Source of the DNA: a virus
Lineage: Duplodnaviria > Caudoviricetes
Direction: 5' to 3' (one strand)
Length of the DNA stretch: 64,000 nt
Virus record (IMG/VR): IMGVR_UViG_3300033073_001045
Coordinates: 40,004-104,003 of that record
The notes beneath the pieces were generated by a model. That model was given only the letters and a program-made list of their open reading frames with translations. It made no database searches and was not told the origin of the DNA. The position numbers were made by a program, and so were the translations under genes. Shown here in pieces: positions 20,390 to 30,660 of the stretch (its first letter is position 1; the number at the start of each line of letters is the position of its first letter).

Positions 20390-22201
20390 TTATATATTTG
20401 TCCCAATAGGGTCCCTAGTTATAAGAAAAAACGGCAAATTGTCTGTTCCTGTGTTTTTTTCTACTAAAGTAATCCCTGTATCTTCTACTGATATCATGCC
20501 CAGCCCTATATATTTGGAATAATGATTATTCACCATATCTGATGTAAGCTGATGGTCGTATATTGCCAGGTTATTGTACATTGTTCCAGTACCCCATGAC
20601 AAGCCGTCTTGACTTTCATTAATACGCATATCTGTACTTGCAGACTCATTCAAAATAATAACTACGTGGTGCTGGATCCCTTCGGCAAAAAACTCATTTA
20701 TATTTGTAGCGTCGGACACGTTTACATTATTAACATAAATGGCGTCTATTCCAGTTTTAAGTATTAGCCCAGACGAGTCCCAAGACAATGACTCATTATT
20801 AGTCGAAAGTAGCACACATGGTCCAGAACCTGGTGTAAAAAACATTTCTACAGACATTATATTCATTTCAGAATTTATGCTAAATCCATGACCATCATAC
20901 ATCCTTAATCCATTATTACTGTTGTAGGATAGCACACGAGAATTACTTTTTGGTAGACAATATTCATAATCGGAGTATATTTTATCGTTAGAGTTATCTC
21001 CATAAAATGACTTATCAATAAAAAATAAAAATTCAATTGATCTTAGCACTGGCAAATATTTTGATGTGTCTTCTGAATTCATTCTTACTTTAATATACAT
21101 TACATCTTCAAACTGTTGATCATTTTTATTAAAAAATGGTATGGATTTTCCATTTGTACATGTAGTCCAATTTATATTATCTAAACTTACCTGAACAGAT
21201 ATTCCATCTGTATCACCATCCCAGTATACTTGTGAGGATGAAAGCCCAAGATAGTTTGGAATAACAACGTAGTCTGTAAAAATAAATTCTTTTGTTTGTT
21301 GATCTGTTGTTTTTTCAAAGTACAAGTACTGTTGATCTGTTGATAATTTAACGCTATCATTAGAAACATCAGACCATTTTTTTGAAATAGGATATGAATA
21401 AGAAAATGTATGTCTCATTCTATCTATATTCATACTAAATAAATGTCCTCCATCTGGATACACTATTTGTGATGCGTCAACCGATTTTGTGCCAGCAATG
21501 TAGTGTTTTGCTATTTGTGCTTGCGTCAGTTCTAATTTATAAAAAGCTATGCCATCTATCATAAATCTAATATCAGATTGACCAGACTTGAACGATATAC
21601 TGTTATTAGTAAATTTATAACTATTTAAAGAAAGTGAATTTTGAAGATTAGAGTTTATATATAATGAAATTTTATTTGTTGTAAATACACCAACTACATG
21701 AATTGCTTCTCTGAGAGAAAATGTGCTATGAATTTCATGCGATCCTACTGAAAATATAATATTACCATTTTCATAAAATATTCCTATATTATTTGATGGG
21801 TCACCAAGAAGTGTTATTCTTGATTCAGAATGTTCTGTTATTAAAAACCATCCTTCAATACTAAATGTATTGTCTGAATAATCCTTTGAACATATGCTAT
21901 TTACTGGATAATATATTAAAGTATCTGGTAAAACTTCTGTACCACGTTCCCCGCCATGATGTATAGGCATTATCTTTTTTAACGATGCATCAGTAGAAAA
22001 TCCATCGTTAAAATTACCAGAAAAATCATATACTGGAAGCCCACTAATTGCAGAATATGACACTCCGTTGTCTTTAAGATCTTGGTATGTTGCATATTTT
22101 ACTGTTAGTCCACTGTATGTTCCAACATCTCCAGAAGAAACTTCATCTAATTCATAAAAAGCAATAGGTTTATCTTTAAGGACAGTATATTTGTATGACA
22201 T
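20390..22201 (-). CDS. LamG/ConA-like domain virion protein
   Basis: FSIEGWF, HVVGVF, ISLYIN and LTQAQIAKHY LamG pattern; a second degenerate copy at the C-terminus. Confidence 0.75.
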   Translation of the reverse strand: MSYKYTVLKDKPIAFYELDEVSSGDVGTYSGLTVKYATYQDLKDNGVSYSAISGLPVYDFSGNFNDGFSTDASLKKIMPIHHGGERGTEVLPDTLIYYPVNSICSKDYSDNTFSIEGWFLITEHSESRITLLGDPSNNIGIFYENGNIIFSVGSHEIHSTFSLREAIHVVGVFTTNKISLYINSNLQNSLSLNSYKFTNNSISFKSGQSDIRFMIDGIAFYKLELTQAQIAKHYIAGTKSVDASQIVYPDGGHLFSMNIDRMRHTFSYSYPISKKWSDVSNDSVKLSTDQQYLYFEKTTDQQTKEFIFTDYVVIPNYLGLSSSQVYWDGDTDGISVQVSLDNINWTTCTNGKSIPFFNKNDQQFEDVMYIKVRMNSEDTSKYLPVLRSIEFLFFIDKSFYGDNSNDKIYSDYEYCLPKSNSRVLSYNSNNGLRMYDGHGFSINSEMNIMSVEMFFTPGSGPCVLLSTNNESLSWDSSGLILKTGIDAIYVNNVNVSDATNINEFFAEGIQHHVVIILNESASTDMRINESQDGLSWGTGTMYNNLAIYDHQLTSDMVNNHYSKYIGLGMISVEDTGITLVEKNTGTDNLPFFLITRDPIGTNI

Positions 22202-22204
22202 GTC

Positions 22205-23266
22205 CTAGGCCTCTTCTAGTGCTTTAACTCTCGCTGTAAGCTCTTGTACTGCTTTAATTAATGGAGCTATAAACTCTTCATATCTTAGTGCTTGTTCTGA
22301 ATTAATGTCTTCCTTATCGAGTAGAACCCATCCAGCAAAATCAACGCCAGCCTCATCAATAGCAGTTTTTACTTCTTGTGCAATTAATCCCCAGTGTGTT
22401 CTAGTTCCAGGAATAGACTGTCCATCTTCAGTAACTGAACCTTCAATAAATTTATAACTAACTGGACGAAGATCATTAATAAAATTAAGTCCTAAAGATG
22501 AATCCTCTATGTTTGTTTTTAATCTTAAATCCGATGTATTTATTGTTCCAGTATTTGAATAGATTGTTTTCCAAAATCTATTTCCTATAACATTTACCGT
22601 AGCATCTGGTGGCTGTCCAAGTGATATTAAATTATTAAATTGCGGGTACCAGTTTGCCGATACACCGTATGCATAGTTACCTGAGCCATCTGGAATTTTT
22701 AAGCTAATTAAATCTGTAATAGGATTAATACTTGCGTTTGCTCCAGCTGTGCCAGCTACGCCCTGTGGTCCCTGTGGTCCCTGTGGCCCTGTTGGTATAA
22801 TAAAATCTAAAAGCACATTACTAGAAGTTCCAGAATTTACTACTGAAGCATTTGATCCAGCTGCGCCAGTAGTAGTCGAATTAACTACTATTGTTGCTGC
22901 AGCATCACCTTTTGGTCCTTGAGGCCCAACTGGACCAACTGGACCAGTATCACCAGTGTCACCTTTTGGTCCCTGTGGTCCCTGTGGTCCATCGCCACCA
23001 ATTACGCCATCTACTCCCCTAGGTATTTCAAAATTTAATATTGCGGAAGAAGATGTTCCAGTATTTGTAACCTTGGCTTGTTCTGATGATGCAACCGAAG
23101 TAACCGTTCCGATACTTATTTCTGCAGCCACTCCTGGTTCACCTTGCGGACCAGGGTGTGCATCTAAATATGCATCAACATCTGCTGCTAAGTATCCAAG
23201 GTCTCTTGGAACATCTGGGGTGTCTGAATATTGCGGGTATCTGAACCCTTTCCCTGTTGTACTCAT
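22205..23266 (-). CDS. Collagen-like fibre with C-terminal intramolecular chaperone (peptidase S74)
   Basis: GPQ/GPK Gly-X-Y runs; SDLRLKTNI, GLIAQEV and LIKAVQEL S74 motifs. Confidence 0.88.
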   Translation of the reverse strand: MSTTGKGFRYPQYSDTPDVPRDLGYLAADVDAYLDAHPGPQGEPGVAAEISIGTVTSVASSEQAKVTNTGTSSSAILNFEIPRGVDGVIGGDGPQGPQGPKGDTGDTGPVGPVGPQGPKGDAAATIVVNSTTTGAAGSNASVVNSGTSSNVLLDFIIPTGPQGPQGPQGVAGTAGANASINPITDLISLKIPDGSGNYAYGVSANWYPQFNNLISLGQPPDATVNVIGNRFWKTIYSNTGTINTSDLRLKTNIEDSSLGLNFINDLRPVSYKFIEGSVTEDGQSIPGTRTHWGLIAQEVKTAIDEAGVDFAGWVLLDKEDINSEQALRYEEFIAPLIKAVQELTARVKALEEA

Positions 23267-23298
23267 TTTTAAATTATACCACCTTGATCTTTATCATA

Positions 23299-23979
23299 CT
23301 AGTGTCCTCCAACATGAAGAACCTGTCCAGTCAGACTGGATGAACGTTTATCCATGAGAAGTTCAACTAAATTTGCCACATCGTCTAAATCAAAAAGCCT
23401 TTGAATTATCTGACTTGATATTGCAGTTTGATCTCCATTTATAAGGTGTTTACGGGTAAGCCCAGTTATTATTGGACCTGGAGCTATACAGTTAGCCCTT
23501 ATATTTGTATGCGAAAGTTGTTTTGCAAAACCCTTAGTAAAAGATTCTACTCCAGCCTTTGAAGCAGAATACATAGTTGCTTCATTGGCCATATGAGCGG
23601 CAAGACTAGATATATTTATTATTGCAGTGTGTTCTTCTGGATCCATGTTTGAAAGGAATGCCTGACATGAATTAAATACCCCATTTAGATTTGTATTAAT
23701 GACATCATAAGCTTTATCTTCAAAAAAGAATCCAGCTGGTGTTGGCTCATATATGCCAGCACAATTTATTAATACGTTAACCTTTTTGCCAGCATCTAAT
23801 ATCTTTTTTGATATTTTGTACATCTGCTTTAAGTCACGAACATCAGCTATTTCTGTATCAAAATCTGGCTCATATTGAGGTTTATATAAAGATATTCCAA
23901 GAACATCATGGCCAGCAGAATGAAGTCTTTGCGCTATGTGCTGTCCCATGCCTGAACCAGATCCAGTTATAACTATCAT
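23299..23979 (-). CDS. Short-chain dehydrogenase/reductase (FabG-like)
   Basis: TGSGSGMG Rossmann motif, NCAG, ISS, YSASK catalytic motif, LTGQVLHVGG. Confidence 0.92.
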   Translation of the reverse strand: MIVITGSGSGMGQHIAQRLHSAGHDVLGISLYKPQYEPDFDTEIADVRDLKQMYKISKKILDAGKKVNVLINCAGIYEPTPAGFFFEDKAYDVINTNLNGVFNSCQAFLSNMDPEEHTAIINISSLAAHMANEATMYSASKAGVESFTKGFAKQLSHTNIRANCIAPGPIITGLTRKHLINGDQTAISSQIIQRLFDLDDVANLVELLMDKRSSSLTGQVLHVGGH

Positions 23980-24629
23980 TCTGAACCGTCCGAATAGTAT
24001 GGATTCTTTCTGTTATGGTACCAATTTGGAAGTGCGTATCTTACACCACTCGTTACCGCATCAACTTCATGAACATAAACATAATTTGATGGGAAGAACA
24101 ATATGGTTCCAGCCTCTGGCTTTAAATCAAGTCCTGCATGTGGAAATCTAAGATTACCGCCTTCATAATCGTCATTTAAATATAGTAATGCTGATAGAAC
24201 TCTGCTACTTATACCGTGATCAGAGTGTGCTGGCAAAAATCCGCTTTGCTTGTATTTAAGGACATGCATTGTTTTTTCTCTAGACTTAATATTTTTTTCC
24301 GCATATGGATACAAAGAAAAATAATGTTTTAGTCCAATTTCTAATGCACCAAATAGCTCAGAAGATATGAAGTGCTGTTCTTTGTAAAATCTATCAGAAG
24401 CTGGAATATCTTCTGGCTTTGGCAAAAATTTTTGCCAACAAAAAACAGTTTTTTCTGGGCCACCATGATCGTAATCCCATGCCTTCCATTCTTGAACAAA
24501 TGCAGACGAATAATCTTGCGACTCTTGTCTTTTTATTTCAAGCTCTTCTATCTTGTCAATAATAAGCTGTGGATCATTTATAATACCATTGTATTGAACT
24601 ACTCCTAAAGCGAGTTGCTTAAACTCCAT
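23976..24629 (-). CDS. 2OG-Fe(II) oxygenase (prolyl 4-hydroxylase-like)
   Basis: HSD...YLNDDYEGG...HEV...GVRY motifs. Confidence 0.9.
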   Translation of the reverse strand: MEFKQLALGVVQYNGIINDPQLIIDKIEELEIKRQESQDYSSAFVQEWKAWDYDHGGPEKTVFCWQKFLPKPEDIPASDRFYKEQHFISSELFGALEIGLKHYFSLYPYAEKNIKSREKTMHVLKYKQSGFLPAHSDHGISSRVLSALLYLNDDYEGGNLRFPHAGLDLKPEAGTILFFPSNYVYVHEVDAVTSGVRYALPNWYHNRKNPYYSDGSE

Positions 24630-25172
24630 TTAGCACTCCTTAAAATCTGGATCGATAAATTCTTCTTGCGTTGATTGCATGAAGAGGGCTGTGTATCTAT
24701 TTCCACTTTCAATTTTTGAAACACCATGTAAATATTCATAGTCATTTCCTGGGAAAAATATTGCTGAATATTTTTTAGGGCTGTGAACAAAATCTTTTTT
24801 AGGGAAATATATGTCGCCACCAGTATACTCATCATTTAAATATATGACAGAGCTATACTCAATAAAAGGTTCTTTCTCTATTGCATCTATATGTGGATTT
24901 CCGCTCATTCCTGCAGACCATCCAGACCCAAACGACTTAGTCACAATAACATCTTTCTCGGTTTGAAAGAATTCTTTTTGTACTGCATTAGATATCTTTG
25001 CATACTTTCTTAAAATATCCATGACCCTTTTATTATAAGGGAATGCCGTTCCCCCGTTTCTATCTGCATAATAATCTGGGTACGGGTTTATTTCTGATGG
25101 CCTAATAATTTCAGAGATAAGAATCTCTGCATCTTCTGGAGATATAAAATCTTCAATAATTTTTATCTTCAT
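24630..25172 (-). CDS. 2OG-Fe(II) oxygenase (prolyl 4-hydroxylase-like)
   Basis: HID...YLNDEYTGG...HGV...GNRY motifs; likely start MKIK at 25172. Confidence 0.9.
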   Translation of the reverse strand: MKIKIIEDFISPEDAEILISEIIRPSEINPYPDYYADRNGGTAFPYNKRVMDILRKYAKISNAVQKEFFQTEKDVIVTKSFGSGWSAGMSGNPHIDAIEKEPFIEYSSVIYLNDEYTGGDIYFPKKDFVHSPKKYSAIFFPGNDYEYLHGVSKIESGNRYTALFMQSTQEEFIDPDFKEC

Positions 25173-25819
25173 CCTAGTGGTACCCAACTTTGCTCATAGT
25201 ATCCTCCGCTTGAAATAAATCTAAGAGGTGTTACGTCGTAAGCAATGGTTATTCTATCCTCTTCAAATGGCCAGAGACCAATACTATGAGGATGTCCAGT
25301 TTCAGACAATATTGCTCTATTGTTTTTATTTACATTTTCAAATGGTTTATCATTATGAATCTTATAGTAGGTAGAGCTTGGCTCAGCATTGACACAATAG
25401 TATCCATGGAAGTATGGAATGCCCTTTCCTTCTGAATGATCATGATAAGAATCACTATTCTCTAAATCAACATGATTTTTATTTCCTTCTGAGTTAAACC
25501 ATCCATGCAACATGAATTGCTCTTTTTCAAAATCAAGGCCATAATATTCGCATGCCTCAATTGTCATTTTACGCAAAGCCTTATATAGTGCATAAATGTC
25601 TTCATTATAGAACTGAAAGATGTTGTAGAAGTTATCGATTCGCTGAGGGTTGTAACTGTTAAAGTAGTCTTTTGGTGCATTTAGCAATACATCTTTACCT
25701 ACACCTGGAACTTGTCCGTTCTTTAGCTCTTCCTTTTTGTTAAGCAAATATTCTTTAAGACCGATAAGATCATTATCTAGATATGCTTCAAAAAATTTAT
25801 GAGGCTTATTATTTTCCAT
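25169..25819 (-). CDS. Putative 2OG-Fe(II)/cupin oxygenase
   Basis: GWFN, HDH, FHGYYCV, GHPH and RITIAYD; paralog of 26649-27299. Confidence 0.65.
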   Translation of the reverse strand: MENNKPHKFFEAYLDNDLIGLKEYLLNKKEELKNGQVPGVGKDVLLNAPKDYFNSYNPQRIDNFYNIFQFYNEDIYALYKALRKMTIEACEYYGLDFEKEQFMLHGWFNSEGNKNHVDLENSDSYHDHSEGKGIPYFHGYYCVNAEPSSTYYKIHNDKPFENVNKNNRAILSETGHPHSIGLWPFEEDRITIAYDVTPLRFISSGGYYEQSWVPLG

Positions 25820-26649
25820 TAGTTTATTATCCTTGTTCTATTTAAATATCTTTCTCCGCCAATTTTGTCGGTTTCAGATTTATCTATTACATATGCTATA
25901 TCATCATTATTAAATGGAAGCTGTTTAATATCTATACCAAACAGCCCACGAACATTTTTATCATTCTCTTTAACAAAATCATTATATTTATGAGTTAAAG
26001 AAAATGGAACATATCCATGACGCTCAAGAGGGATTGTGTTATTTGTAAAAAGTTCTGTTGGTGCACAGAGGAGGTTGTAATGCTTATGATTTATATCTAT
26101 AGACATCTGTTCCTCTTCTCCATAATACTTTAAATGAGTTGGATACCCCAGCCACTTTATATCAGAGCTTAAACAAAATATAAAATCCCTGTCAATCATT
26201 TTAACTGGACTATAATCTTCTGATTTAGACTTTATAGCCTCAACCATAAATAAATTTTTGTTTTTGTATTCTAGTTTATGGTTACCAGATATTATAGTTT
26301 GATTATTGTATCTGACAGATTCCATTTTTTCTATAAGCTTTATGTCCCAGTCTTTAGACATATAGACGCCATCTCCACACTGCATAAAGTAATCACACAC
26401 TAGTATCCTTGACCCATCAAACTTATGAGCTATTGGACTTTTTATTGAATCCCACTTTGTGTGCTTATATATTATCTTTACATGGCTTGCATCTATATTA
26501 AATAAACGAGATCTTTCTACATTATTTTGATCTATAACATAAAGGGAAAGTTTATTTTTTCCACTAGACTTATTGACAATATCAGACAGCATAGCAATCA
26601 GATCTTTATTTTGAAAACTATACACAAATATGCCAATACTTTTATTCAT
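25819..26649 (-). CDS. GT-A glycosyltransferase-like protein resembling GT60 (Skp1 hydroxyproline GlcNAc transferase); metal motif degenerate
   Basis: DYFMQ...KDWDIKLI and YYGEEEQMS segments match the recalled family pattern; the usual DSH reads CGD here. Confidence 0.55.
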   Translation of the reverse strand: MNKSIGIFVYSFQNKDLIAMLSDIVNKSSGKNKLSLYVIDQNNVERSRLFNIDASHVKIIYKHTKWDSIKSPIAHKFDGSRILVCDYFMQCGDGVYMSKDWDIKLIEKMESVRYNNQTIISGNHKLEYKNKNLFMVEAIKSKSEDYSPVKMIDRDFIFCLSSDIKWLGYPTHLKYYGEEEQMSIDINHKHYNLLCAPTELFTNNTIPLERHGYVPFSLTHKYNDFVKENDKNVRGLFGIDIKQLPFNNDDIAYVIDKSETDKIGGERYLNRTRIIN

Positions 26650-27299
26650 TATAGAAGTGGTATCCAGTGCTGCTGCGGTGCGTTAGCCTCAATTAAGCTT
26701 TTTAGTGGCATTATGTCATATGCAATTGTTACTCTAGGACCTTCCCAGTCCCAATCTCCCATTGCATGCGGGTGGCCCATTTCAGAAACAATCATTCTAT
26801 TGTTTTTATTATGGTTTTCAACCTGCTTATCAAATACTTGATAGTATGTAATGGAAGGCTCTGCATTTACAGAATAGTAACCGTGAAAATAGGGGGCATA
26901 AGGGCCACCGTGATCATGCCAATCAAGCTTGCCAGAATGATTGTAATTAATATTAAACCAGCCCTGTACCATATACTTTTGTTCTTCAAAATTGACTTCA
27001 TAATATTCACATGCTTCCTTAATCATGTCTGATAGAGATTTATATAGTTTATATATTCCATCATGATAAAACTGAAATACATTATACTCACGCCATTTTA
27101 TTGTAGATACACTTGATGACGATAGCCAAGCGTCTTTTTGATTTACTGGAGTGATTCCTTTAAGGGTAAGATTTTCCATATTAGAATATTGAGTCTGTAA
27201 AAATGTTGCAAGATCACCTAAATCGTTATCTAGATACCTTTCAAAAAATTTATGATCTTTGCCGCTTGGTTTATTCAGCATCATCGGATTGTAATCCAT
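26649..27299 (-). CDS. Putative 2OG-Fe(II)/cupin oxygenase
   Basis: GWFN, WHDH, FHGYYSV, GHPH, RVTIAYD; start at 27299 has an AGGAG RBS. Confidence 0.65.
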   Translation of the reverse strand: MDYNPMMLNKPSGKDHKFFERYLDNDLGDLATFLQTQYSNMENLTLKGITPVNQKDAWLSSSSVSTIKWREYNVFQFYHDGIYKLYKSLSDMIKEACEYYEVNFEEQKYMVQGWFNINYNHSGKLDWHDHGGPYAPYFHGYYSVNAEPSITYYQVFDKQVENHNKNNRMIVSEMGHPHAMGDWDWEGPRVTIAYDIMPLKSLIEANAPQQHWIPLL

Positions 27300-28056
27300 C
27301 AGATACTCCTTTTCTATAATTTTTCCTTTGCCATATATAATTTTTATAATATGCAAATATTGATATTCTTCTTCGCTCTTCTTTTATTTTATTTTCTTCT
27401 ATACTATGTTCTGAGTAATCAATTTCTAGGTCCCAATCATCTCTTTTAATTGGTATTATTTGAAATATTGGCGTTCCTTTAGGTATCGTACCTATAAAAT
27501 TTCTTTTTAAGAAAAAAGCAGTAAATACTGGAGTGTGCCATTTATCCGTATCAATTATCCCAGATAAGGTCGTGAATGGCAAGTCATGCCTATTCATTGG
27601 ATGGGTTACAAGAATTGAGTATCCAGGTGGGGTCTCACAGTACCAATTTACTTTCCATCCAAAATGAAGTGGATGATGTCCCGTTGGTACTGCTACGTCA
27701 ATCATATTTCTTTTGTCTATAATCATGGCTTCACCATCCCACGTTAGAGTAGGAAAGCCACTTTCATCTAAATCAACATGAACATCGTAATCAAGCTTAT
27801 ACATATAGCCAGCAGTTAGTGTGTCGAAAAATGGCATACATAGCTTTGTACCAGCTGCGCTACCATCTGTTCCTCTATCATTTATTGGATGGAGCTTTGA
27901 TATATTATTTGATTTTTGAAAACGAGAAAGTTTTCTATACCAATCTGGCAAGAACCTAATAGATGGCTCTGGTTCTGATAAATAATTATTATGCTCTGGA
28001 TCAAAGTTGGTACCAAAGGTAGCGGGTGTAAACTTAATGATTAAATTATCACTCAT
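27271..28056 (-). CDS. DUF6065-like protein
   Basis: KLCMPFFD...GY, TPPGYSILVTHP, SGIIDTD, KGTPIFQIIPIKRDDW. Confidence 0.6.
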   Translation of the reverse strand: MSDNLIIKFTPATFGTNFDPEHNNYLSEPEPSIRFLPDWYRKLSRFQKSNNISKLHPINDRGTDGSAAGTKLCMPFFDTLTAGYMYKLDYDVHVDLDESGFPTLTWDGEAMIIDKRNMIDVAVPTGHHPLHFGWKVNWYCETPPGYSILVTHPMNRHDLPFTTLSGIIDTDKWHTPVFTAFFLKRNFIGTIPKGTPIFQIIPIKRDDWDLEIDYSEHSIEENKIKEERRRISIFAYYKNYIWQRKNYRKGVSDGLQSDDAE

Positions 28057-28759
28057 TACATAGCCCATCTATTATTTCTTTTGAGGCGGTCACTTCCATT
28101 TCGTACATATATGACCCCCTTTCTATCACTCCAACAGTTTCGGTCTGCATATGTCTTTTTGATTTAGTAAAATAAAAATCAATAAATTCTGGTTCCTTTA
28201 TTCTATCATTTTCGTTAGACTTTGTAAATGACCCAGATCTTTCTATAATAAATAAAGAAGGATCCTGTATTGTAGATTTAATTTTAAATTTTACATTTTC
28301 GTCTATAACCCATGGGGTATATATTTTAAAACATCTATCTGAGATTATATTATCGTTATTAATATCATATTCATTTGGTGACGGATAAAACTGCCTCTGC
28401 CAAACTTTATCTACAGAATAGAATATTTCATTTATAGGTTGTGACTTAAATATTCCTAAGTGACCAAGTGGTGGATCTGCTATTTGAACTAAGATGTCTG
28501 CATAATTATAATACTCTAATATAGCCTCTGTGTCGGAAATTCTTTTTACCGAAGGCTTGATAGAAAAAAATGATGCATAAAGATTTACTGGTTTTAATAT
28601 ACTTGATGAATATTGACTACTGTACTTTACTTGATGCCAGTCTGCCCATTTTGGAAACATATTTGAATACGCCATAATCTCTGCAAATGTCATTGTACCC
28701 ATCTTAGACCATGACTCAGACTCATATGGTGTCTTTAATATATTCTTCTTAGTTTTCAT
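28049..28759 (-). CDS. Hypothetical protein in the modification cluster
   Basis: Overlapping start/stop with both neighbours; no confident motif. Confidence 0.55.
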   Translation of the reverse strand: MKTKKNILKTPYESESWSKMGTMTFAEIMAYSNMFPKWADWHQVKYSSQYSSSILKPVNLYASFFSIKPSVKRISDTEAILEYYNYADILVQIADPPLGHLGIFKSQPINEIFYSVDKVWQRQFYPSPNEYDINNDNIISDRCFKIYTPWVIDENVKFKIKSTIQDPSLFIIERSGSFTKSNENDRIKEPEFIDFYFTKSKRHMQTETVGVIERGSYMYEMEVTASKEIIDGLCNE

Positions 28760-29472
28760 TTAAATGTTTTCTTAAACCACTTTTTTGTTCTATATCCATT
28801 TTGAAAAACAGATCTTACTGAAAGTTGACTTGCTCTATTTTGAAGATCAGAATCTCTATCTTTATTTATTTCACTTTCCCAGTCGTCACGTTTAAAAGGT
28901 ATTACTTGAACAATTGGTGTGCCTTGTTTTATGACACCCTTAAAGCCCTTCTCAACAAAAAATGATAGGTATCCGTCAGAAGGATATGTATCTGTATCTA
29001 TTAGTCCAGGAATAGCTTTTATAGGACTATAGTCTGCATGCATTGGTGATATAAAAAGAGAACTATACCCATCCTCTGTTTTTGCAAGCCACATTGGGTG
29101 GATTCTTAATACGTCATTATGAAAATATGGAGGTATAGGGTATTCAGATATTTGTTCTTTTAAATGATGTGCTAATAAAAATTTTTGAAATTCCATGACG
29201 TCATTTGCAACTTCAAATTTAACCCTATCTCCAGTTGCATCTATATTCATATCCATTGGACAAAGTAAATAATAACCAGCGGCCATGGAGTCAAATACCG
29301 CTTGACACTTTTTTACAGTAAGCAGCATGTTGCCATTATAAACATTATTATCATTATTTAAATAGCTTTCTTGTTTTTTCCACCATTCTGGAATATGCTT
29401 TTGAATTGGTATAGGCTTTGGAAATACCTCTGCTAAAAATCTATACTTGGGAATAAACTCTATTTTACTCAT
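28756..29472 (-). CDS. DUF6065-like protein (paralog of 27271-28056)
   Basis: TVKKCQAVFD...GY, GYSSLFISP, PGLIDTD, QGTPIVQVIPFKRDDW. Confidence 0.6.
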   Translation of the reverse strand: MSKIEFIPKYRFLAEVFPKPIPIQKHIPEWWKKQESYLNNDNNVYNGNMLLTVKKCQAVFDSMAAGYYLLCPMDMNIDATGDRVKFEVANDVMEFQKFLLAHHLKEQISEYPIPPYFHNDVLRIHPMWLAKTEDGYSSLFISPMHADYSPIKAIPGLIDTDTYPSDGYLSFFVEKGFKGVIKQGTPIVQVIPFKRDDWESEINKDRDSDLQNRASQLSVRSVFQNGYRTKKWFKKTFK

Positions 29473-30038
29473 ATAACTGGAATCCATTTCTGATAATATT
29501 GTCTATGTAAATACTCTAATGGAGATACATTTATATATACTGCCTCAAAATCATTACTTATATTATTAAACATTGCTTTTTGAGATGAGTGAAGTATCAT
29601 CAACAATCCAGGCTCTAACAATACTTCTTCTCCATTTATAAATACTGTGTCTTTGTCAGAAGAAATTACATATAGCCCCCAAAATGTTGTTCTAAAGCTT
29701 GGTGACATATCTAGTTCTACCTGAAGTGGCAGTGCCTTTTTGTCGAGAATTCGGGCATATAGATAGGGAAAACTTCTGTCAAAATTTATATCAAATTCTT
29801 TAAATGTCTCTTTTATTGAAAAACAAACCTCTTTATATATAGAATATATTTCTTTGCTATACATACCAAAAAAATTAAATGTTTTATGATCTACAAGTGA
29901 TACACGCTTGGCTTTTTTTGCAACATTTTTACCAAATCCATTACTAATATCCACAACGTGTTCAAACATGGAATCTACCATTTCGTTGTAATTATGCTTT
30001 AAAAAAGCATTATCAATTACACTAATTTTTCTTATCAT
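29469..30038 (-). CDS. Degenerate cupin/oxygenase-like protein
   Basis: FNFFG, FWGLYV and C-terminal QKWIPV echo the 25169/26649 paralogs (QSWVPL, QHWIPL), but the His ligands are missing. Confidence 0.4.
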   Translation of the reverse strand: MIRKISVIDNAFLKHNYNEMVDSMFEHVVDISNGFGKNVAKKAKRVSLVDHKTFNFFGMYSKEIYSIYKEVCFSIKETFKEFDINFDRSFPYLYARILDKKALPLQVELDMSPSFRTTFWGLYVISSDKDTVFINGEEVLLEPGLLMILHSSQKAMFNNISNDFEAVYINVSPLEYLHRQYYQKWIPVI

Positions 30039-30657
30039 CTGGCTCCCAAATGCTAATTGAATGCCATGCTGCTGGCATTATAGGGTCTTTATATGGGGCA
30101 TGCTCTGACTCCAAAAGAACTTGTGGCTTTACCCCACCCATTATTTTATCTAATTCTTCAGATTTTGACAAGTCTATTCTTTTCATAAATGATATAAGTT
30201 TAGTCATTTTCATTTGTAGATCAAAACCAGCTTGTGTATGGGCCCCACCCTGCCTTACCAAAACATTGTAATAAAACATAAACATTGAGTAGCCTAATAT
30301 AGCTAAAGAAGAATTTATTCTTTTTCTTCTTTTATCTGGTACAGTATAAAATCTATCACCAAATGCAATATGGCAGTCTTTCTTTTTATCATATTGTGCA
30401 AATATTATTGAAGCCCAGGAGTCTGGATACTCATTATTAATGAAGTTAGAAAATACTGCCGTTCCAGGTTTATGGTTTGGTGTAGAATAAACACACTCTA
30501 TTGCTCTTGAACCATATCTATCATTAAGTATTGTCCATTGAATCCAAGAGCCAGAAAGGTAATCTGGGTACTTTCTAAAAGTTGGGAATATATGTCCCTT
30601 GTACCAGATTACCCTTCTAAACCCATACGCCAATATCTGCTTGATATTGTTTAGCAT
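30022..30657 (-). CDS. GNAT-like hypothetical protein
   Basis: FYTVPDKRRKRINSSL resembles GNAT motif A; HTQAG downstream. Confidence 0.35.
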   Translation of the reverse strand: MLNNIKQILAYGFRRVIWYKGHIFPTFRKYPDYLSGSWIQWTILNDRYGSRAIECVYSTPNHKPGTAVFSNFINNEYPDSWASIIFAQYDKKKDCHIAFGDRFYTVPDKRRKRINSSLAILGYSMFMFYYNVLVRQGGAHTQAGFDLQMKMTKLISFMKRIDLSKSEELDKIMGGVKPQVLLESEHAPYKDPIMPAAWHSISIWEPDDKKN

Positions 30658-30660
30658 TAA

